Position numbers and translations under genes: made by a program. DNA of 64,000 bases from Camelus ferus (taxonomy: Eukaryota). The DNA lies in contig NC_045696.1 of NCBI RefSeq assembly GCF_009834535.1, forward strand, positions 108,254,001 to 108,318,000, given 5' to 3'. Below the pieces are notes generated by a model. The model did not search any database. It saw nothing but the letters and a program-made list of their open reading frames with translations, and was not told the origin of the DNA. Positions 49,400 through 60,930 of the stretch are shown piece after piece (positions within the stretch are counted from its first letter, which is position 1; every line of letters starts with the position of its first letter).

Positions 49400-51350
49400 T
49401 CTCGGAGCTTGTCTTGATTGTGGGCCTGTCTCATCCTTGGTTCTTCTGGCCAGGTAGCCTTTTCTGGGAAATTGCAATTTTTAGAGCCTTCTTCCTAAAG
49501 TTGATCAAAAATCTGCTTCCTTTTAACTTCCACCCACTGGCTCCAGCCCGGACCCTGCAGCTCCCATAGTAAGGATATCCTTTCCTCCAAGCAATGGTCT
49601 TTCAAGTTATTCAAAGACAATGAGTTTAGCTCTAGTGCTTTCATTTGTGATTGAATGAACGTGGTGTCCAGCTTCTTTCCCATTTTCTTCATCCATCTTT
49701 GGCCCTTCTCCAGTTGGTCTTAACCGCAAGTTTCAGGACCTCTGGGAGAAGCAGGCTGGACCCTGAAAACTGCACCCCAAGTTCCTATTCACTCTCTGGG
49801 CCAGAGCCCCACAGCACTGAGTGACACTGGGTCTGGCCCTAAATTCAGTCCTGAGAACTTTTTCTTGTGAATTGCTGTCAAGTTACCTCGCCTCATCCTC
49901 TCTTTGTGCACTTGATTCTTCGAATAAAAGTCCCAGGCTTTTGAAGTAGTTGAAATATCATCTCGTTGGGTTGGAGCCAATATAGAAGCCTGTCAAGACT
50001 GCTTTTGGCTTGCCAGTTCTGCCATTCCGTCCCTCAGCGTCTCCTCTCCGCCTCAAGCCATGGCAGATGGGCTAGGCAGGCTCTAGGGGACAAAAAAAAA
50101 TTTTTTTTAAACATTTTTTATTGATTTATAATCATTTTACAATGTTGTGTCAAATTCCAGTGTTCAGCACAATTTTTCAGTTATTCATGGACATATACAC
50201 ACTCATTGTCACATTTTTTTCTCTGTGATTTGTCATAACATTTTGTGTATATTTCCCTGTGCTATACAGTGTAGTCTATTCTACAATTTTGAAATCCCAG
50301 TCTATCCCTTCCCACCCTCCACCCCCCTAGTAACCACAAGTCTGTATTCTCTGTCTGTGAGTCTATTTCTGTCCTTTATTTATGCTTTGTTTTTGTTTGT
50401 TTGTTTGTTTTTGTTTTTGTTTTTTAGATTCCACATATGAGCGATCTCATATGGTATTTTTCTTTCTCTTTTTGGCTTACTTCACTTAGAATGACATTCT
50501 GCAGGAGCATCCATGTTGCTGCAAATGGCATTATGTTGTTGGTTTTTATGGCTGAGTAGTATTCCATTGTATAAATATACCACATCTTCTTTATCCAGTC
50601 GCCTGTTGATGGACATTTAGGCTGTTTCCATGTTTTGGCTATTGTAAATAGTGCTGCTGTGAACATTGGGGTGCAGGTGTCATCCTGAAGTAGGGTTCCT
50701 TCTGGATACAAGCCCAGGAGTGGGATTCCTGGGTCATATGATAAGTCTATTCCTAGTCTTTTGAGGAATCTGCACACTGTTTTCCATAGTGGCTGCACCA
50801 AACTGCATTCCCACCAGCAGTGTAGGAGGGTTCCCCTTTCTCCACAGCCTCTCCAGCATTTGTCATTTGTGGATTTTTGAATGACGGCCATTCTGACTGG
50901 TGTGAGGTGATACCTCTAGGAGACAAAAATTTAACAACGCTTGCTAAAAATTTTGGACTGGAAAAGGCAGAGGTCGCAATTCTTCATTATATCATTCAGG
51001 GCATCCTATAGGATCACGTCACCCATTAATCATCATTGCCGAATTCATTCAACCGATTAGAAATCCACCGAATGGTATTATCATGAGGTCCATATCTCTG
51101 TAATTTGTTCACAACAATGTTATAGGAAACTCTATCAAAGACATTGCTAAAATCGATAGGCACTCTGTCTACTGCATCTCTTTAATTCCTATTGTGGTCT
51201 TCCCACCAGCAAGCCTGTCTAATGGGGCTTGTTCTTAGTGAGTCTAAGTTGGTCCCAGGAACACGCCCTCTCCTCTAGGAGGTCACATTTCCCCTTTTAC
51301 ACAGTCTGCCCAAGGGTTTGATAGGAATCATCTTACTCCTTTGAAAATCA
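49400..51350 (-). mobile_element. L3/CR1 LINE with RT remnant, split by a young L1
   Basis: aaatctgcttccttttaacttccacccactgg (CR1 3' region); reverse 51181-51041 translates RDAVDRVPIDFSNVFDRVSYNIVVNKLQRYGPHDNTIRWISNRLNEF (DFSKAFD motif). Confidence 0.8.
50101..50916 (-). mobile_element. Young 5'-truncated L1, same family as 24228-25348
   Basis: Open ORF2 C-terminus 50424-50891 with zinc knuckle [21 protein letters not shown] ctctagg(g/a)gac-An-ttt at 50081-50103 and 50914-50932. Confidence 0.97.
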
Positions 51351-52424
51351 GGACTTGTGCTCCTTCCAGAGGATATTAAACAGATGAGAATGGGACAAAA
51401 GACACTGAAATTAAACTCTGTAGAAATAATATCCATTTGGCACTAGGAATAATTCCCTGACCTGACATTGTGCAAAACTTCTAAAAATATGGCTATGACA
51501 TCCCTTGCACAAATTATGAATACATTGGCTATACATTTGATCATTTTTCTTTGTAGACTTAGAGGCAAAGGTACGGATGAAGTCACATCACGGCAAGGGG
51601 ACTGCTGCTGTGAAGGCATCAAAGCTCAGGTTTTGCTTGTGGCCCTGCTGCTACACACCAGCTTTACTGACATATTGTTTTCTGGGATAGTCTTTTCTCA
51701 CTGAGGCTCCATTGCCTGGGCTTCAAATGGGATGAGAATACTTCTCATCCTTATCTCATGGAGGAGTTGTTGTGAGAACGCAAGTGAAATACAGCATCAC
51801 ACGAGTAAGAGGCTATTATTATGGCTTCTGGTGGTGTCTGTGTCTCCAAGCAGGATCTGTGCCTGTCAGATCCATGACTGCAGCTGTAAATACTGTGGGA
51901 TGTTGGAAGCACACACTGTTTGGGGTTGATCGTATTCTCTAATTGGGTGTCACCTTTCATGAGCCAAGCAGCTGCCAAAACTGATTGCCTCTGATTTAGT
52001 TTCTTGGAACTGATCAGCATATTGTTTTGTTAACAACTATCTGAGGTTCAAGAAGTCTTCCGAGTGGCACCACTTGAAATATATCAGCTGGCTAGGGGGC
52101 TGTCTTGTGGTACATTCAAAGGGGATTTATGTGCTAGTCCCTTCTTATGAGCAAATGTGGCAACAAGCTTGAAAAGAGGGCTCGGTGATTCCCCACGGCC
52201 TTCAGTACTCAGTAAGTAATTACCATATTTTGATACAGAAAATACATCTTCAGTTCTTTTTTAGACCAGCCTACCTGCTGTCATAGACTAAATAGGATAC
52301 ACAGAGCCAACAAAGAGAGTTAAGGCAAGCCCCACCATCACTGCAATAGCAGGACTTCCATCCAGGGGCTGTCGTGCCTCCAGCTGTACTCCTGTCCACC
52401 CATCCATCTGTCCATCTATTCATC

Positions 52425-52960
52425 CATCCTTCCATCCATCCATCAAATATTCAGTATGTATTTACTATGTACGAGGCATTGAATGAGACCTAAATCCTGC
52501 CCTCAAGGAGTTTATGATGTAGTATATCTGACAAATTGTATATAATTCATGGTAAAAAGTGTTATTGCAAGATCAGGGAGAGATTGCTTCCTGTTAGGTG
52601 GCGCTGGGGAAGCATCTGAGCCGAACCAAGGAAGTTGGCTAAGATTTAGATCTATGGGCATGGGAGATGAGGCTTTTCCAGGAAGTGGGAATAACCAGTG
52701 GTAAAGACATGAAGGAAGGTGAACTGTGGAGACTGCCTGCGGAATACTGTCAGTACTGGGCTTTGCAGAACCATGGGAGAGAAGCTGGGAATGCAGCCTG
52801 GGACAGGTTCTGGGGTGGAGGTGCACACCTTCTTCCAGGCTAAGAAGTCTGAACTTCATTCAGAAGAAAGAGGGGGCCATAGGGGATTTTTGAGTTTTGT
52901 AGTAAATATGACCAGAACCGTGCTTCAGACAGATCACCCTGTTGACCAGGTTAAGCAGTT
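52425..52960 (-). mobile_element. L2 LINE with (CATC)n tail
   Basis: catccatcaaatatt...tactatgtacgaggca...cctgccctcaaggagttta...ccaggctaagaagtctgaactt. Confidence 0.75.
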
Positions 52961-53078
52961 GGAAATGATGTGTAAGGGCCTTGCTCCTAAGTCCTACATT
53001 CTGACTTTCACGTGGCAATCATTGCTCCTAATGGCAGGGAAGAAGGTGGCTCTATTTAACCCTGAAGACAGAAGATGG

Positions 53079-53410
53079 TGCAGTAGATCTGTAGGTTCCA
53101 GTGAGATGTCCTTTCAGGACTGGCACTCATCTGCTTGTGCTGGGAGTGTTGGCTGCTGATGACTCGCTGCTACATCCTTCTCTGGGAATTGCCTTTGGCT
53201 GGAGAGAGCTGCCTTCCTCAAGGCTAGCCTCTCTCCTTCCGAGACTGGTTGATACAGGAAGTACCAGGCCTGGCCCCCTGACCTCTATCTGGGAGACAGT
53301 TCTGAAGGACCCTGCAAGATCATCTGGTGCTGCTCTGTTTCTGCCCCCACAGACCTCCTGCACCCACATCTCCATCTCAGAGTCTGTTTCCAGGATCTAG
53401 ACTAAAGGCA
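53079..53410 (+). mobile_element. ERVL solo LTR (LTR16A-like)
   Basis: gctgggagtgttggctgctga...gggaattgcc...gagagctgcc...ggcctggccccct...cctcctgcac...atctccatctcagagtctgtttcc. Confidence 0.85.
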
Positions 53411-53869
53411 ATGGGTCCCCCTTCTCCCCAGCTCCATCTACATTGACCTATCTGGAAGATGGCTCGTTTCAGCCACATGTCATCTCTCCTAATAGGGGGT
53501 TGGAAGTCAGCAGGGCTACTCCAATTCCAAAGAGATTTCTTCTGTGAATGCAGGGTTTGCTCTAGGTGCTGAGGGTCTCTGAACCTTCCAAAGCTGTGTT
53601 CCCCTAAATGTTCTCCCTGGATGTGTATGTAGGGGCTCCTTGCAAAAAGTTAGTGGTCAAAGGAGTACTGGGTATCCAGAGGTTAGAATTGTAGGCGATG
53701 CCCAGGTACATTTGATTATAAGGGCTTCTATCTCAAAAAACATATCGGGGATTAAGGAATGGCCGCTCTGTGCCTTTGAGGGGTTATTTGGGGCTGAAAT
53801 CCTCATTGGTGAAGAGTGAGGCCAATGTCCATTTGGGATGATGGTTTCAAAGGAGGGGTTGATGACCCA

Positions 53870-54177
53870 GGTGGCTCAGTGTCCCATTCAATGTAAACAG
53901 CGAGACAAGCAGGTGGGGACCATGGGGACCTGGAAACCAGGCACCCGCCCACCTGAAGGGGTCTGTGCTGCTACAGGCCTCCAGACAGATGCTGCTACCA
54001 CAGGGGAGTGCTGCCCGGGTGGCTAGACCTTAGATTTTGCAAGAGAGGCCAGATATGTGTATTTTTCAAATTTAAATCTCTTGAGTTTAAATTCACCTTT
54101 TAGAAAATACTGTGTGTGTGGAACAAAATAGACCTGTGAGCTGGATGAGGCCTGTGGGCTCTGGTTGTCTGCCTCTG
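53870..54177 (-). mobile_element. MER102-like hAT-Charlie DNA transposon
   Basis: gattttgcaagagaggccaga...aaatactgtgtg...aacaaaatagacctgtgagctggatgaggcctgtgggc...cctctg. Confidence 0.7.
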
Positions 54178-54182
54178 TTTTT

Positions 54183-54756
54183 TAATTTTTTAATTTTTTT
54201 TTTTTATTATTGAAGTATAGTTGATTTACAGTGTTGTGTCAATTTCTGGTGTACAGCATAGTGATTCAGTCTTACATATGCATACATATCTTCGTTTTCA
54301 TATTGTTTAGCATTACAGGTCAGTACAAGATATTGAATATAGCCTAGACATGGAAACAGCATAAATGTCCATCTACAGATATCTGGATAAAGAGGTTGTG
54401 GTATATTTATACAACGGAATACTACTCAGTCATAAAAAGAGTAAAATAATGCCATTTGCAGCAACATGAATGGACCTGGTGATTGTCATTCTAAGTGAAA
54501 TAAGTTAGACAGAGAAAGAATAATATCATATAATATCAGTCATATGTGGAATCTAAAAAAAAGAGACACAAATGAACTTATTCACAAAACAGAAACAGAT
54601 TCACAGACATAGAAAATAAACTTATGGTTACCAGGGGGAAAGTGGGGTAGGAAGGGATAAATTGAGAGTTCAAGATTTGCAGAGTCTCATTACTGTATAT
54701 AAAATAGATAAAGTACAAGCTTCTGCTGTACAGCACAGGGGACCGTACTCAGTACT
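54183..54756. mobile_element. L1 with 5' inversion (twin priming): 3' end on minus 54183-54342, inverted part on plus 54339-54756
   Basis: Poly-T and reverse 3' terminus, then sense atagcctagacatggaaac...atgtggaatct...acagcacaggggac; TSD tgcc(t/c)ctgtttt at 54170-54182 and 54757-54768. Confidence 0.9.
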
Positions 54757-55228
54757 TGCCCCTGTTTTAAACCACTGTCCACGTTGGAGAAAGCACCACA
54801 GGCAAAAACGGGAACACATTCACGTGCTCTTCTCTAGGTTGGGGAGTCTGTCTGGGAACAGCCTACTCGGGGTCAGGGTGGGCTAGAGAAATGGAGGGAG
54901 GGCCGCTGCTCCTTTGCATGAGTGGTCTGAGGAGCAGACAGCTGAAAACATACTTCCAAGTGTGTATTGGCCTCTTGCCTTCGTGGGGACTGGGGAAATC
55001 TGCAGGTTTCAAAAAAAAAATCTTATTTGCAAATGTACTTATTCCTTAAACTCCTTCTTAAAACATGACTTTATGCTATTTAATCTTCACAAAATCCTGC
55101 AAGGATTCCCAATTGTACACAATGTAACCGTTGGCACTTAAGTCCCTCCATATTAAGACTACACATGCAATTTATTCATTCATTCAGGTGTGAATTTCTT
55201 TATTTGACACATAAAAAAAATCACACAA

Positions 55229-55958
55229 TTTTTTTCTTTTTAAAAAATTTTTATTGAAGTGTAGTTGATTTACAATGTTAGTTTCAAGTGTACAGCAAAG
55301 TGATTCAGTTATACATATACATACATATATATTTTTTACTTTCAGATTCTTTTCCATTATATGTTATTACAAGAAATTGAATATAGTCCCCTGTGCTATA
55401 CAGAAGGTCCTTGCTGTTTATCTATTTTATATATAGTAACATGTGTCTATTAATCCTTATCCCCTAATTTATCCCTCCCCACCCTTTCCCCTCTGGTAAC
55501 CATAGTTTGTTTTCTAGTTCCTTGAGTCTGTTTTTGATTTGTAAATAGAATTTGTATCTTTTTTTAGATTCCACATGTAAGTGATATCATATATTTGTCT
55601 TTCTCTGTCTGACTTATTTACTTGATATGATAATCTCTACTTCCATCCATGTTGCTGTAAAAGGTATTATTTCATTCTTTTTATGGCTGAGTAGTATTCT
55701 ATTGTCAAATATACTACATCTTCTTTATCTGGTCATCTGTTGATGGACCTTTAGGTTGTTTCTATGTCTTGGCTATTGTAAATAGTGCTGCTATGAACAT
55801 TGAGCAGCATATATCTTTACAAATTAGTTTTCTCCAGATATATGCCCAAGAATGGGATTGCTGGATCATATAGTAGCTCTATGTTTAGTTTTCTAAGGAA
55901 CCTCCATACTGTCCTCCATAGTGGCTGCACCAGTTTGCATTCCCACCAACAGTGCACA
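55229..55958 (-). mobile_element. 5'-truncated L1 (cetartiodactyl-type) inserted in an L2 tail
   Basis: tttttattgaagtgtagttgatttacaatg...tttagattccacat...gtggctgcaccagtttgcattcccaccaacagtg. Confidence 0.92.
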
Positions 55959-56679
55959 AATAATTATTGAATGCTGTATCGTGCAGGCCACTGCATGAGG
56001 TGTTGCTGGAACAGACAAATGAGTAAGATACTGTCTCTGCTCTGCAGAGATTCAGATGCTTGCATGGCAGGTTAGGGTGATGGTGACAGGTGATACTGAC
56101 CACTTACTAAGTGTCTGGTATGATTCTTAATATTATTTTTGAATGATAGTTTATTTCATCCTCATACCAGCCTATCCAAGCAGTGACTATTATTTCTGAA
56201 CTCATTTTAGGGAAAGAAGTGGAGACTCTTGGCTCAAGTTCAGAGGGTTAGTTGTAGGAGTTGGAGCTGGCTAAGAACTTGGTGGACACGTTCCTAACTG
56301 TTACTCCATTGGCCACCTGGTGCCTGGGAGAGGGGCTCCGAGTACCTCTGAGCTCCGGTAGAGAGTGTGGTGGAGGCAGCTGGATGCTGGTCACTGAGGA
56401 CATGCCTGGGACACAAGTGGAGAGAGGTGCACATGGGGCAAGTTCAGGTAAAGGCAGTAAAAAAGGCCCTAGTGGGTCCTGGGACCACAGGGAGCCAAGA
56501 GAAGAAGTGCCAGACAGCTGGACAGCTCCCAGGGTTACAGGGTCAGCTGCCACTGGAGCAGGTCAGAGTAGAGGACCCTTAGACCTGATCAGGCCCTGAA
56601 GAGGAAGAAACAGAAGGATGCAAACAGTTTCATCCTTCTAACAGATGCAAAACTCCTCATCCTCTGTAGTGAGGAAACA

Positions 56680-58480
56680 AAGACAAATCAGAATGAAATG
56701 CCACATTTTCTACATCAGATTAACAAAGATGCAAAGGCTTAATATTACTTAGTGTTGGCCAGGGCTCTTCTTTTGCACAATATCGATGGGAGGATCAATT
56801 GGAAAAGCTGTTTTGAGTGTGGTCTGGCTATATGTGTGTTATCTATATTTTATCTATATTTTAAAATGCACCTACCTATCGACCCAGAAAAGCCCCTTAG
56901 GATACATACATACATACAAATATATCTATATAGGAGTATGTGTCCTATATAAATGCCTGCACAAACACATTCCTGCACACACACACTCACACACACACTC
57001 ACACACACACACATATCAGGGTGTGACATTTTTAGAAACAGAAAATTAGAAATGATCTGCATCACTGAAACTATGATAATGCAAACTAGGGGAGGACTAT
57101 GGGTTCTTACCACTCCAAAAATAACCCCCTAAGTCCTTCCATGGCCCACAAGGCCTGTCTGATTCTGTTACTGCCTTCCCTCTTCCAGAGCCTTTCCCAC
57201 AACTCTTTCCCTCTCCTGCCCCAGCCACTCAGGGCTCCTGGCTGGTCCTCATTCAGACCAAAGCAGTTCCACCCTTGGGGCTTTGCTGTTCTTCTTGGAA
57301 GGTTCTTTCCCCAAATATTCACATGACTCACTTCTTCACTTCATTTCTGCCTCTGTTAAAATATCAGCCCATGGTAGACGGTTTCTAGAACGGCCCTCAA
57401 TGGTCCTGGTGTCTACACTCTGTGTGATCCCCTCCCTTTGAGTGTGGTCTGGACCTAGTGACTTGTTATAATGAATAGAGTATAAGAAAGATGGGGGGAC
57501 GTCACTTCTGAGATGTGATTATAAAATACTGTGATTTCCATCTTGCTGGCTTGTTCTCTCTCTCTCTTTCTCTGGCTCTTCTCTCTTGCTTGCTGTGGTG
57601 GAGCTTGCTGTGATTTTGTTGTGAGTTGTCCTACACAGAGGCCCACGTGACAAGGAACTAAAAGAACTTTCTGGCAAACAGCCAATGAGGAACTGAGGCC
57701 CTCAGAGAACAGCTTATGAGAAACTAAGTCTTTCGAACAATCATGTGCGTTTGGAAGTGCATCCTTCCCCAGTTAAGCCTTCAGATGACTACAAACCTGG
57801 CTGATACCTTGACCATAGCCTGTGATAGATTCTGAAGCAGACATCTAGATTCCTGGCCTATGGAAACTACAAGTTAGTAACTATTGTTTAAATTACTATG
57901 TTTTGGGAAAATTTGTTACACAGCTATAGATAACTGATACAGCACCCCTTGGAAAAGTCTTCCATGACTAAACTAAAACAGTGTTCTTTGTTGAACAGTG
58001 TTCTCTTAACCTGCTTTGTTCTTCTGTATTGCACAGATCTCTTGGACATTTTATTTGTTGGTTTGTATATTTTTTCTCTCTACTAGGATGTAAAATCTCA
58101 GGAAGGCAAAACCTTTGTTTTGTTATCATTGTGTTCACAAGTGCCTATAGCAGTGCCTGACATTAATTCAGTGTTCACATTCAATGTGTATTTGTGAATG
58201 AATGAATGATGTAAACCACTGAACTAGTCATGCACATTTAGACATGGAAAAATCTTCCAAGATATAACCTAATGGGGAGACTGAGAAGGAAAAAAATTGT
58301 AAAGCAATCTACATATAGCATAATCCCCCTTTCATATCTAAAAGTTTGAATATCCATCAAAAATACCTGAAAAGATACATATCAAAGTGTTAATAGTAGT
58401 GGTTTTCTCTGAAAGATGAGATTATGGGGCTACACTGTATTCTTAAGCATTTCTATAATTTTAAAGTGTTTTACAGTTAT
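56680..58480 (+). mobile_element. Very old L1ME-type fragment split by L2 (57095-58210)
   Basis: catcagattaacaaagat...agtgttggccaggg...aaatgcacctacctatcgaccca; resumes acatggaaaaatc...aaagtgttaatagtagtggttttctctg; L2 ends tgtgaatgaatgaatga. Confidence 0.65.
57370..57941 (+). mobile_element. MaLR solo LTR (MLT1F-like) inside L2
   Basis: ccctttgagtgtgg...gacctagtgacttg...gaggcccacgtgacaaggaact...gaggaactgaggccctcag...tttgttacacagctatagataactgataca. Confidence 0.9.
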
Positions 58481-59539
58481 TATTCTGGGATCATAAAAAC
58501 AACAAAGGCATTTTATAGAATTTGTAAGGCCAACCAGCCACTTGCTTTTTGGTGTTCTTGTGTAGTCTCTGAGGAACCCCCAGGAGCCAGCCCACTGCTG
58601 CTCTGAGTCCAGCAACCTTACAGTTCTTCCCTATGGGGGCCAGAAACCCCTTTCCCTGCACTGTCCCCATCCTTCAGTCTCTGGGCAGTGCACAGGAAGA
58701 ACTCATCTCTCTCCCACATGACAGAATGTCAGAAATCTAGCAGGTTTTCTGCGAATATTTCTTGGCAATAATTACAGAATAGGAAACAGGAGATTGAAAT
58801 AAAAAGACAGTACAGCAAAAATAACTGTTTCTGCAGTTCAGCCTTGAGGGGATAAAGGCCTCGGAGCTGATGGATGGAGCGGAGGGCTCTCATCTTCCGT
58901 TCTGCTTGGGGGTGAAGTTCTCATGGGGGTGCTAAGACTGGGCTTCGGGGAAGGCACACAGGCTAGTTTCTCCTCATCTGTGCTGAGTGTGTTTGCACAG
59001 GAAGGTACTCAGAGCTATTCCATCTAAAGCCTTAGGGTTCCCTGTAGACTCAGAGCCAGTGTGGCAGAGAGAGTTGGGAGGCAGCCTTGTCATCACATCA
59101 CTCCACACATAACTTGGCTTGGGTATAGTTTTTCACCAATCACCGTGCAATCAACTCCCCTCTTCCTCCACCCCATATCCCATGTACTCTTAAGGCTATT
59201 GTGTGCATTGACTGGGACAAAAGCTGAACTTCTGAGAGCAAGGATTCAGGTTTCTGTCCTTGGTGGCATTCTCAGTGCCTGCTACAGTGATGGCCAGGTA
59301 TGGGCTCCGGCTGTGTGGCTGACTGCATGAATGGCCACGCTCACGTTTGCATGCATCCTTTCGAAGTGTGCTCAGGCATGGTCTGACCACTGCATGCAGA
59401 GCAGGAAGTATATTCTATACTTCCATGAATGTGACCGAAAATTACATTTTTTGGCAGCCAAATTAAGCAGTTATGTAACTTAGTCTGGTTCCTCCAAACT
59501 TTTCTCCTTAATTTAAAGGAGATATTATTCTTTCTTTAA

Positions 59540-60165
59540 ATGTTGCTTTAATTATGAAATATTTTAAATGGACAACATTTCACATATTTCAAACACAGCA
59601 AACGCTCATGGACCTAGCTCTTGAATTGAACAAATATTCTATTTTGTCAGAATTACTTCACTTTTTGAGAAGTAAAATACACCAATACAATGGAAGCCTC
59701 CTTTATTTTTCATTCTTTGCTCTTCATGTCTTTAACCAAGAGATAAATATTATTCTGAAGTTGGTGTGTGTGCATCTCATCTGTGTTTTTTATTTGATTA
59801 TCTGTGTATACATCCATAAAAGTAAAATGTCATATACAATGTATCAAATCTTATTGTCTGTTGATTCTATAACTCAGAATTGTGTGTTCAATATTGATTC
59901 ACAGAAACTTGATTTATTCATTTTAATTGCTGAATTCTATGAGTATGTCATTTGTCTCCTCCCCAGCAGCTGGGTGTGAGATTTCCCATTTCTCCATTTT
60001 CACATCATCCCTTAGTGTTGTCAGACTTTTAACATGTTCAGCCTGATAGATATGAAATGATATCTCATTTTCATTTGCATTTTCCTCATTTCTAGTGACA
60101 CTGGGCATCTTCTCATGCATTGATCTGCCATTCAGGTTTTCTTGTTTATTAAGTGCCTGTTCTTA
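59540..60165 (-). mobile_element. Old L1ME fragment
   Basis: ttaattatgaaatattttaaa...gtgttgtcagacttttaa...gaaatgatatctcatt...tttgcattttcctcatttctagtga. Confidence 0.65.
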
Positions 60166-60167
60166 TT

Positions 60168-60655
60168 TGAGGTAGATTGTAAAAATAACCAGGATAATTT
60201 CCTGCCCTGGATCCGCACCATTGGGTAGTTCCCATCGGATTGGCTCCGGGCTTAGACATATGACTTGCTTTGGCCAATGCAACAAGAAAGCAGGAGGCTT
60301 GAGACCCAAGAGACTTGAAAAGTGCTTGTGCATTGGTGCTTGCTTTTTCTTGCTGCTCTTGGGAATTCTGAGAGCACCACCATGTGAATGAGCCCAGATG
60401 AGCCGACTGGATGGTGGGAGACTCACTGCCCAGTGACCTCCATTCGTCCCTCCAGCTGTCAAACATGAGTGGGGCCAGGGACCAAGAGCTGAGTGCGAAC
60501 ATGAACAGGAGCCCAGCTAACACCGTGAAGAGGAGGAGAGCCCTCTACTTCCCTCTGAGCTCAGCCCAGATTGCCAACTGTGAGCAAATAGGTGGCTCTT
60601 GTTTTAAGCCAATAAAAATTCAGTGATTTGTTAAGAGATAAAGTTCATTTACATA
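60168..60655 (+). mobile_element. MaLR LTR (MLT1G/H-like)
   Basis: tgaggtagattgtaaaaat...tgacttgctttggccaatg...gacttgaaaagtgcttgtgcattgg...ccatgtgaa...ctcagcccagattgcc...ttgttttaagcca. Confidence 0.85.
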
Positions 60656-60719
60656 CATGTTTTGTCCACTTTCCCCACTTTTGTCTGCTTTTCATTTCCT
60701 TAATGCTAAGCTCTTTCAT

Positions 60720-60930
60720 AACAGGATATTTCTTATGTAACCAACTCTGTGCATAAACTTATGAAATTGACATATTACCATCATCATTCATCGCCACTTT
60801 ACAGATGAAGAAACTAGGATTAAAAGGGTTTAGTGACTTACAAAGGATCACGCAACTGGGAAGTAGGGATTTGAATCCACGGCTATCTGACTACAGAGCC
60901 CAAGCCCTTAAGCCACTTCATTACCCTGCT
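60720..60930 (-). mobile_element. MIR SINE
   Basis: actttacagatgaagaaact...agtgacttacaaaggatcacgc...gggatttgaatcc...tctgactacagagccc. Confidence 0.8.

Noticed and set aside
50424..50891. 155-aa ORF with zinc knuckle as a host gene
   Set aside because: C-terminus of L1 ORF2 in a truncated insertion
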